This document shows positions 26,681-35,430 of a stretch of DNA of 35,430 nt, one piece after another. Both the position numbers and the translations under genes were made by a program. Below the pieces are notes generated by a model, which saw only the letters and a program-made list of their open reading frames with translations, ran no database searches and was not told the DNA's origin. The first letter of the stretch is position 1. Each line of letters starts with the position of its first letter. Origin of the DNA: Sphaeroforma arctica JP610 (taxonomy: Eukaryota); contig NW_014039856.1 in the NCBI RefSeq assembly GCF_001186125.1, forward strand, positions 13,710-49,139, written 5' to 3'.

Positions 26681-27130
26681 ATAAATCCGCACGTGAGTTA
26701 CTAGCCACTGACTGGAAGTGCAATCCCAGGTGGTTTGAACTGGCTCAAAAGATATATGGGCCACATACCATAGATATGTTTGCTGCACATCATACTGCAC
26801 AACTGTCGAATTACAGAACTTTAAATCATCCTATGGGAGACGCCTTTCAAATAGACCTCTCCCAACATAATGCGTGGGCTAATCCACCATGGCAGTTTAT
26901 TGCCCAGCTATTAAATTATGTTCATATACATAAAGCTACCATCACGTTGTGTTGCCCATTACGGAGTTAAGATCCATGGCTCAATAAATTGATCAGCATG
27001 ATTCAATGCGAGCCAATATATTTAGATAGGGAAGTAGATACTTTCTTATATCAGGGTACCCGAGCCGTACAGAAGACGCCATGGAGACATACTTTTATAT
27101 GTCGTATAGGTTTCATTGGAACAACCAAAT
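26681..27130 (+). pseudogene. DNA N6-adenine methyltransferase domain (DIRS/Dam-like) of family A copy 2
   Basis: One frame: ATDWKCNPRWFELAQKIYGPHTIDMFAAHHTAQLSNY...GDAFQIDLSQHNAWANPPWQFIAQLLNYV...TLCCPLRS*DPWLNKLISM...PWRHTFICRI; NPPW at 26881-26892. Confidence 0.9.
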
Positions 27131-27636
27131 GAACCCCTTCTGAGACCTTCCTTAACAAGGTCAAAGAATCAGAGATTCCACTCTCTACCCAATTGAACGT
27201 TAAGCAGTTCAAAGGCAACACAGCATTTAACGTATGTGCACAAGAAATACAATCTACTAACGACACTGTTAAGAAGCGTCAGTCTCTAGCTAGGACTCTG
27301 TTTAATAACATAAAGCCTAAGCCCGAGGTCTTTCAAACCTCATTTTTAAAGGGATTAGTGAAAGACAATCCTGAAGCGTATACACCTATAATGCGACTAT
27401 TTAATAAGTCAGGTGTATCCAACGCACATGAGCGCGATTCTGACACTCATGCAAAAGCAGGACAGGAGTCTGAAAATACTACAGACTTAGAGACCACGCA
27501 AATGGATTCTCAACACCCTACCTTTATTCTGGAAGAGTGGAAGGATAAAAACATTATTGCTTGGCTAAAGCAACAGCATAAGCTGAAGCACCAGAACGTA
27601 GTAGAAGCACTCAAAGATGCTAAGCGACATGGGATC

Positions 27637-27656
27637 NNNNNNNNNNNNNNNNNNNN
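27637..27656. other. Assembly gap (20 N)
   Basis: Run of n; followed by ~390 bp of AT-rich sequence with no integrase similarity before integrase resumes at ~28043. Confidence 1.
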
Positions 27657-29105
27657 TAAGTACTAAGTGTTCATGACCACATGCCTAATTTGTAGATAGA
27701 CATAATAACGTAAGTCACGTTAATACATTAGCTGATATAAATAAAGTTCCATCTGAAGAAAAGTTAAAAAAGAAAAATACTTATTGGATTTTGGAGATTG
27801 GCGGGAGGACCAAAATCTATAAGTAGTAGTTCGGAGATTATAAAATTTAGTTTATAATATCCTACATCTACTAATGTCTCAAATAGGTCCAAGTAGATGA
27901 GTCATACCAAATACTCAGGCTATTGGAGCCATCAAAGTGAATTTAGAACACTTTGGGAATATTGGAAAAAGAGCTTGTATTAAATTATTTAAAATACAAA
28001 TAAAAACCAATGTATTATCTCAATTGATCTTGATATTTTAGACTGACCGGAGGCCGTATTTCTACATAGCCATATAAGCCGCAAACGCAAGGCGCGAATG
28101 AAACGCGCCATAGAAGACTTAAGTTCTTTTTGCGTACAGCATTAACGGATGATGCATATGATTGGCCGTACCACCGTCAGTGGGTGCAAACACAGATGGA
28201 CGTATGTGCTGATCCGGTTACAGAAACTACACCCGCTCACTATTTTCGTGGCAGATATAGTGAGTTACAAATCCCTTTTAACAAGGACGAACCCAATCAC
28301 CATGAGTTACCATGGTTAGAGAAGGTCCAACGTATTTATAGCGTTGTATATCCTTGCTTGCGAGAAATACGCAATATAGCCTTATTAAAAAGGCAAAAGC
28401 GTTGGAACACTACCAAGAAGATAGCAGAGTATCAGGTTGGTAACAGAGTTAACATCCGGCAACGTAATTCCGATACTACTGTATTAACTTCTAAACGGGA
28501 ACGTACGAATGGTTCTAGTGCGCTTAATATAGGCACAAGTCGTATTCCGACTACAGAGATTATACTCGCAAGAAGACATGACTCTAATGACCCTCTTGAT
28601 CGTTCTGAATTTAAAAACATTATATGGAGAACGGATAAGGGAGGCTATACATACTATCGTACACGCTTTATAGACGGTACAATAGCTAAGTTGACTTCAG
28701 ATACTTTCGATAACCAAGACTATTTAAAAGCCTTTAATCGAAAATGACGTAAACGCCTGCATAAGTCACAAGCTGAAAAATATAGCATGTTTCCATCGTC
28801 TGAAGGAACGGAAGTTAAAACTTATTCGCCTACAGCATTTATCCCGAGCCTTAATGCTCATCCTTCATATGTGCTTAAGACACTGAAGCGTAAGGAACGT
28901 CCAGTCGACCACCACGGACCTACTGGACCTAAGCCCAAAACTCACAGGGTAACCGAGAACACTTAACTTCTCCGCCTGAGAAACACTAACTATATGTTAT
29001 GCTACTTAATGTTTCGACTCGATTTTTTCTTTCTCGTTTTTTGACTCATAATCAGCTTGAGTGAGCAACCTGCTTCTCTTGGGTCTCAAAGCTGGGTGGG
29101 GGCTG

Positions 29106-29545
29106 TGTAATAAGCCGGGCCTCCACATTAGACTCTTATGTATAAACGTAATTTTCAGCAGTACGCAAATTATAAACGTACTCTTAATAGTACGAAGAAC
29201 TTAAGTCTCCTAAATGTGCTCTTAATAGCACGAGGAACTTAAGTTTCCTAAAATGGCTTTTAATGGTTTTATTAATTAATACCTTTTCCATTAACATATC
29301 AGATATTTGGATGAGGCCATTAAAAGGCCTCAGTAAAATACCAAACATAAAAGAGTTGGTCTAGTTCTATTAATTGAGCTTTATTTACTTTCAAAACATA
29401 TCTGAATACTTCGGTGGCGAGATGGCTCAACCGAATATAGGTTTCTATGGACTATTAACGCTACCTAGAGTTATTGGTTAAGACAATAACTAAAGACGTC
29501 AAGAGTAATTTTTCTTTTCTTCTAAAGATAGGATTTTACGAGTCT
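29106..29545 (+). repeat. 3' LTR of family A copy 2, with internal ~38-bp tandem repeat
   Basis: Starts TGTAATAAGCCGGGCC just after the PPT; near-identical to the reverse complement of 31341-31072; unit gtactcttaatagtacgaggaacttaagtttcctaaat x2. Right end unresolved. Confidence 0.85.
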
Positions 29546-29591
29546 CTCGGATTCACCCCAGAATAGAGTGACAACGAAACACTAAACCACT

Positions 29592-31341
29592 AATCGATTC
29601 GTCAAAGTTATGTTGGTCTGCGGCTAGCAGCGCCAAGTTAACTCGCGTCTGTTGATAGTTGATTTCTATCACTCCATCTGCTAGCCATTTCTCAACTTGT
29701 TCTTTTACCACAGCCTCGTATCTCTAGGATACATAGTTCCTTGAGGGACACTTTAACTGTGTAAAGTCTACCTTAGTTAAGTCAAGGCTGACATATCCGT
29801 CGTTAAAGCGGAATTTTGCCCAATCTGTGATCTTTATCTTCTTATTAACTAGAATCAGATCCATGATTTTGTTCGCAAAGTCAGGTATTAATGCCTTGAC
29901 TGTGTCTGACGGGGGCTTATATGGATTCAGACAATTATCGTCTTATTGAATCTTTAATGGATCTATGTTATTTGGTAGACCCGTTACGGTTATACCTAGA
30001 GTGAGTAAATCGCTCATTCCGACTATAATGTCGTACTTCTGTGACACCTTAACTATCACAGCTTGGGGGCAGTGATATTCCTACTATTGGCCAAGGAGAT
30101 TTTATTATCTGTGGCCATGGTATCACACTTTGCAGTTTTATCATCAGCTAAAATGAGGTGAGTTGTTTATGTTCTTCTTTCGATATCTTTCATTAATGCA
30201 AAGCGATCGGATATACATGAAATTTCTGAACCAGGATCAATCAACGCAAGGATTTTATTTCCATTGCAGTATACAGGGATTATTACACGCTCATCTAAAG
30301 AGTCGTTGTATTGTCTGTGTAACGATTGTACCTGGTAGTACCTTCACTCCAACTTAATGTTGGGCTTTTTGTCACAAGACTTAGTGTGATAGCCATTGGT
30401 CTTCTCACACTTGTCGCACTTAATAGGAAAGTGTGTACAGGTGGATGCATGTCTGCCATTCCAATAACCGTTAGGGGTTAATTGGTACATGTCATACCCA
30501 CACTGTGCGTCGGCACATTTTTTAATATCCTTAAATGAAGGTTCCATGTCCTTCGCTCCCGCGCGTGCCCGTTTATTGGGTCGCGTGGATAGAGTGGAGT
30601 CGCGAGCACGTGTATGTTGGGGTCTCTCGTTTGAGATCTGCCTGGATACGTACCCGTAATCGGTGCGCTCCCGCGGCTTCTTAACAGCCGCTTTTCCCTT
30701 CGCTGATACTCGATGTGCTGGGAAAAGGGTGAATACAGTACCATAAAACTGTTCCCACGTAAGTCGGGATAGATAAAACTTTGTTTCATGTCCCTTGTCT
30801 CGAGCCTCAGTCGCGTGTTTACGTCGCAACTCGGTGTACAGGCTCTCGCGGTCGTTATTCCATATGTTCTTACAGAACACGTGCATAACCAGGAACTCGT
30901 ACCATCGCTGTGCCTTGTCCTTTGTTATATCTGGACGTTTCAGGTCAGCATCTAGCTTCAGAATATAACTCTGAATGGGCGTGTTCTCAACTGGTTCAGT
31001 TAAAATTGAACTCAGTCCAGGGCTACGCATGTCTTTACTTAACAAGGATGTATCCAACCAACACACGGCAAAATGGAAAAGGTATTAAATTAATAAAACC
31101 ATTAAAACCCATTTTTGGAAACTTAAGTTCCTCGTGCTATTGAGAGTACATTTAGGAAACTTAAGTTCCTCGTACGTATCATACATACTTGTCATTTTTG
31201 AAATAAATAATATTATTCCTATTAAGAGTACATTTAGAAAACTTAAATTCCTCGTACTATTAAGAGTACGTTTATAATTTACATACTGCTTAAGAGTACG
31301 TTTATAACATCGAGTCTAGTGTGGAGGCCCGGCTTATTACA
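29592..31341 (-). mobile_element. Ty3/Gypsy family A, copy 3 (inverted): partial 5' LTR, gag, protease, start of RT
   Basis: LTR start attaca at 31341; gag ORF 31066-30344 with CDKCEKTNGYHTKSC; in-frame ILALIDPGSEISCIS; 29592-29882 is the reverse complement of 25453-25742. Confidence 0.92.
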
Positions 31342-31452
31342 CTCGTAATTACTGAGTCGCTGGCATGATACAATATCAAAGTTTCATTTTGATATAAAAC
31401 ATCTGCCAGGAATACATAACCATTTACCGGATATGTTATCACGCTTCGTACC
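31342..31452 (+). mobile_element. ~110-bp fragment of family A RNase H C-terminus
   Basis: Matches ~26561-26671 with 3 mismatches by eye. Confidence 0.9.
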
Positions 31453-32011
31453 TCTCACAATACAGAAGCATATAATCAATGTCACTTCAGATACAGTAAT
31501 CAACCATACCGATTTGTTGGAGGTAGACGATCTGCTGTTCAGCTCCTTGTGGGGCTAATATAAACGGCAAATCGTTCTCAGCTAGCATGACCATTATCAC
31601 CCTTGCTGCTATTAAATTGTAAGCTCCGACTGTAGTCTTGCACTCCTTATACAAGCTTTCTCCCTCCTCGCCTACATCTTCTTAAAGTATTTTTGCTACT
31701 TTCTTTAGCGCATCTGATCGGTTAGTGGTTCGCGATGCATTCACTTGCTTTCCACTCACCCGTTTCCCATCGAATACTGGTAGCACTGTGTTATCATTTC
31801 CCCAACTCGCAACTCCGGGTATCGTACGCCATATTTCTGTCTTGAAGAGATCATAACAATCACGCTTATCCTTCGAGCTAACTATTTATGTCGCATGCAT
31901 GGTCTAAAATTTATGAATCATTATTGACATGATACCACTGTCTTCGATCCCTGTATATTCTATGTGAACAAAGATTTCACCCATCAATGGCAGCAGACCG
32001 TCTACACCCAT
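31453..32011 (-). pseudogene. EXO1/XPG/FEN1-family 5' nuclease (N and I regions), copy 2
   Basis: Single frame with 4 stops: MGVDGLLPLM...HAT*IV...VLPVFDGKRVSGK...PFILAPQGAEQQIVYLQQIGMVDYCI*SDIDYMLL, matching MGV.GL.P, VFDG, AP.EA..Q...L...G.VD and DSD motifs. Not in the ORF track. Confidence 0.85.
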
Positions 32012-32337
32012 GATGTTTGAACTCTCCTAGTTACTACAAACCTTGTATTGCAAACGTGCACGCATATATGCATATATGTATATATACCTTAAAAAAACTA
32101 ACACGTGTTTATCAGTAAATCTGGTACAAAAGTACGTACTATAGGGTTTAGGGTTTATAGGTCAGATTCTGTGAAAATCTGTCCGGTCTGATAATGCCAC
32201 CAATATATGTTTACCGTGCCTATTGCTTTCAAAAGAAAACTCTGTGTATTTAAAAAAAAAATAGGTTTTGTAAAAAATCTCCTAAACCACCCCCAAAATA
32301 AGTACATCCCGCTGGGAGGCTGGGAGTCTGGGACTAT

Positions 32338-32425
32338 GGGTTCTCTGGGTCCTCTCTGGGTCCTCTCTGGGTCCTCTGGGATCCTGGGTCGGGTCCGGGC
32401 CTGAGAGTCTGGGACTCTGGGGCCC
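32338..32425. repeat. Short GC-rich tandem repeat (gggtcctctct)n
   Basis: Direct reading. Confidence 0.7.
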
Positions 32426-33090
32426 TAGACATAGCCTTCTGTTCAATTTAGAAGGCTAGGGCTTGTGCATAGCCCTCTAAATTACATATAAAGGGCCATG
32501 GCTCATGGCCTGTGCCTGAGACTCTGAGGCACTGTCCGACAGCCACTGTCCAAACCCCATTTGCTGATCTGGCACCCACTACGAGTGAAACGCCACTGAC
32601 ACGTATCATGACACTCCAGTCTCCAAGCACGGCGTACTGCGTAGTGAACGGTCAGTCGTATTTAAAATCGGCGCAGAGGCACAGAGGGCCAGAGGCTTAG
32701 TGGCATTTTTAAATACTTTTGATTTAAACTCTGAACTCTGAAGTCAGTCAGTCACTTGTGTGACAGGCTGGAACCTGGAGCTGGTTACTCTGCTTTTTTT
32801 AATTTTTTGCTTTTCTATTTTTATTTTTCGTCACGTATGTGTGTAAATATTTACAGTATGACATTGATTTTACAAAACCAAATCATTTATATTATTTTTT
32901 ACAGAGCCTCCAAATTCCAAATGAACTTCATAATATTCATTCAATTAAATAAATAGTAATTTTTTTTTACATCACTAATATGACGGTCAAAGACATCCAA
33001 AAGACAGCCAAAAGGAGGGCTGTCTGATAGTCGCTGAACATAGTTTGTGTAAACAGCGTATACAGCCAAAGCGGGGGAAACAATTATTTG

Positions 33091-34971
33091 ATGAGAACAC
33101 TGGATTCACCGTACATACCTCGAAATAGTGGTTATATCAACAACAATGCCGATATGAGTAAAACAGAATGCACGCAGGGTGGCACGCAGGGTGAGACTTC
33201 TCCATTGCTAGGAGGCAAGGATGGCAGCATCGAGAAAATTGTGCACAGCTACGGGGTGTCTGACAATGTTGAGCACTCCTCTACACCTACAAAACATAAG
33301 ACAAAAGCAAGTTATGAAAATATCAATTCCCAAATGAACCACTTACAACCTACGGATAAAGGAGGAAGAAATTTGATTGATAGAGATGCATTGAAGTTAA
33401 GCAAGGAGGAGAAAGCTGTGCTGGTCATACAGCGATTTGTCCACAAATGGCGGTTTAAGAAGCATATGAGAAGCGCTTGTGCCTTCCGAACCCTGGTAGA
33501 AGCCCCTCCTCAACCGATAACCATGGTTACGTATGTGAAGGCGGTTGTCACGCTGGTAGGGCTGGCTTTAATGTGGCTGGGTCTGTGGACACAGTTTGAT
33601 GTCGGGTTATGGCAGAAGGATCTATTTCCTAATACTTTTGTCAAAGATACCATATTCCTAGTCGTTGGTGTTTTGTTGCTCTGTTCAGTAGACTGTTACT
33701 ATATAGACGGTGGTATGGAAGGAACCCTGTTGTATCCGGAACCTAGATGGCTTATACGGGCGAACTCGTTTCTACTACGGCGTGGCGAGATGTTCTACAG
33801 GTGTGTAATAAATATCGTCGAGGTTATGCGCTTGCTAGCGAGCCATTTGGGATCAGCACTGGTGTGGTTTGCCTTCTACGACTTAGTGGATAAGGTTTGG
33901 CAGGAACCAGGTGATCGTAAAAACGGAGTCGCACCGTTAGAGTACACATTTGACACATACACGTATACGATTGATGATGTGAACTATGTGGATATACTCC
34001 ATTTGTCGGAGGCCTTCAGACCCGCCTACAACGTGCTGTTGTTCTGCCTGGGACTGGGCATCACTGTTTGGACCGGGTGTTTCCTTACAGTCACTGGCAT
34101 TGAACCTGAAGATGACGATGATTCAACGTACGTTGATCTGACCAATCCATCGAGCGACCACTTGCAATTGGCTGCACTCACTTTGTTGTCTCTTTTTGGC
34201 CAGGCGCTCATATGGGTAGGGGCAAATAACTTTTTGGAAATGGATTTGGGCTGGGAGTGCATATGGCGTGAGTTGTTATATATAATAATTGGGTTTGCGG
34301 CATTCATGCTCTCCGATTCATTTATATCGAACGGTTGCATCGAAACCAAAGATACCCCGGAGCAATATACGGAAGACAGCATAGCCGACGAGAATGAACG
34401 AGAAAGTGCCGGCAAGAGTCTAGTAGGGCGAGATAAGCCCAAAAACACATCGAAGAAGAATCAGCAGACAGATGAACAGAAATGGGAAAGTGGTGATCTC
34501 TCTTTAAAATCTATTTACCTGCGCTCGATGCTCTCCTTGGTCGGCGCTGTGACGCACAACACAGCCATGTGGCAAATTGCTGACACATACATATACCCGT
34601 CGGCATGGGGTCAATGCTCGCACAACGGCACCAGCAATGACCCTGACTGGCCGTGCGCAAAGAGAGACTTGATGTACATGTGCATCGGTATGGTCATGCT
34701 AATTGCTACACGCACCGCTACCCAGGCTGTAGGTATCAGTATCAACCCTCTTTCCACCGCCCCAGGCATCGGGCAGAAGCGAACTAGTCGCGTGCGACGT
34801 ATGCGCAAGGAGCTGCTCCTGCGCAAGTATGTGAGTGCGCTGATCGACAATACATTGAAGTCTGGAGATAAACTGGACTCTTTGATCACAAATGGGTCTC
34901 GGAGAGAGTGTAAAAACAGGGCCAGGAGAAGCGGCCGGGAATTGAGACCGGCCGCGGAGAAGCTCGTTTAG
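33091..34971 (+). CDS. Multi-pass membrane protein, Fuseless-like, with N-terminal IQ-like motif (626 aa from the ATG)
   Basis: Uninterrupted ORF, about 8 hydrophobic segments in four pairs with LMWLGLWTQFD / LVWFAFYDLVD / LIWVGANNFLE / THNTAMWQIAD; AVLVIQRFVHKWRFKK. The CDS is solid; the family call is tentative. Confidence 0.8.
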   Translation: MRTLDSPYIPRNSGYINNNADMSKTECTQGGTQGETSPLLGGKDGSIEKIVHSYGVSDNVEHSSTPTKHKTKASYENINSQMNHLQPTDKGGRNLIDRDALKLSKEEKAVLVIQRFVHKWRFKKHMRSACAFRTLVEAPPQPITMVTYVKAVVTLVGLALMWLGLWTQFDVGLWQKDLFPNTFVKDTIFLVVGVLLLCSVDCYYIDGGMEGTLLYPEPRWLIRANSFLLRRGEMFYRCVINIVEVMRLLASHLGSALVWFAFYDLVDKVWQEPGDRKNGVAPLEYTFDTYTYTIDDVNYVDILHLSEAFRPAYNVLLFCLGLGITVWTGCFLTVTGIEPEDDDDSTYVDLTNPSSDHLQLAALTLLSLFGQALIWVGANNFLEMDLGWECIWRELLYIIIGFAAFMLSDSFISNGCIETKDTPEQYTEDSIADENERESAGKSLVGRDKPKNTSKKNQQTDEQKWESGDLSLKSIYLRSMLSLVGAVTHNTAMWQIADTYIYPSAWGQCSHNGTSNDPDWPCAKRDLMYMCIGMVMLIATRTATQAVGISINPLSTAPGIGQKRTSRVRRMRKELLLRKYVSALIDNTLKSGDKLDSLITNGSRRECKNRARRSGRELRPAAEKLV

Positions 34972-35375
34972 ACCGTGTTAGAAAATCGTTCGTTACTGGC
35001 TTGGTTTATTATTACTGAAGTGCGGGTACACAATGGCAAAAGTCTGCAAACTTGCACATTCACAACAACCGGAATGGACTGGCGTAGTGAGGACTTGACC
35101 ATACGCATTGGTATCGCATTAAATAACACGGGCGAAGGTCTGTAAAGTTTTCTGTAGTAGGTACGATACCTTGCAACACGTTTCTGGGTCTGGTAGTGAG
35201 TAATCCCCAATTGAAGCTTACTACTAAGGTGGATTGGGTGGGACGTCCGCAAATATTTTACAAAACCGTATCTCGGCCCCGCTGCTTATATAGCCAAACT
35301 ATGATATTACTGGTGTCACCCAGCGTTGTTGGTATGTTACGACTCCCTTGTGTCAAGTTTGCGATACAAGTATAA

Positions 35376-35376
<1 letters not shown>

Positions 35377-35415
<39 letters not shown>
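35377..35415. repeat. (TA)n microsatellite
   Basis: Direct reading. Confidence 0.95.
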
Positions 35416-35420
<5 letters not shown>

Positions 35421-35430
35421 GTGTATGTAT

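Larger units (their letters stand above)
25453..29545 (+). mobile_element. Ty3/Gypsy family A, copy 2 (5'-truncated, least decayed pol): RT-RH-MTase-linker-IN-chromo-like-PPT-3'LTR
   Basis: IDLTQGYHQ, APFGL, YIDD (26047-26058); RH TDVSD..LGG, YPTVEQELLAI, HLPGIHNHLPDILSR; MTase 26681-27130; HKLKH ~27577; PYKPQTQGANE ~28070-28102; PPT gggtggggg then LTR at 29106. Has stops, frameshifts, a ~175-bp deletion at 26280 and a scaffold gap. Confidence 0.95.

Noticed and set aside
26670..26690. Programmed frameshift between RNase H and MTase
   Set aside because: The shift is +1 in copy 2 and -1 in copy 1, so it looks like independent decay.
32142..32157. Telomere-like tagggtttagggttta
   Set aside because: Only about two units; compatible with chance.

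Overview
Eukaryotic, AT-rich, repeat-laden genomic window with GT-AG introns, (TA)n tracts and one 20-N scaffold gap. Three host genes are supported: a spliced MYND-finger / long disordered / C2H2-finger protein (20226-15342, minus; the first exon is missing from the ORF track), a 5-exon sterol C24-methyltransferase (SMT/ERG6 family, 23845-22226, minus) and a single-exon fourfold-repeat membrane protein resembling Fuseless (33091-34971, plus). Most of the rest is decayed mobile DNA. The main finding is a Ty3/Gypsy LTR retrotransposon family (family A; three partial copies plus a fragment). Its reconstructed order is gag-(TGA)-protease-RT-RNase H-N6-adenine methyltransferase (DMFAA...DAF...NPPW, DIRS/Dam-like)-linker-HHCC/DDE integrase-chromo-like tail-PPT-LTR. 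A second, unrelated Copia-like remnant at about 1.7-2.8 kb also runs into the same kind of methyltransferase N-half. The window also holds two decayed copies of an intronless EXO1/XPG-like nuclease, a second Gypsy family (B), a decayed ORF with three ~58-aa tandem repeats, and a palindromic CATAGCCTTCT/AGAAGGCTATG motif clustered 0.5-0.9 kb upstream of all three host genes. All domain calls come from manual translation and motif recognition; no searches were run, and element boundaries are approximate unless stated.
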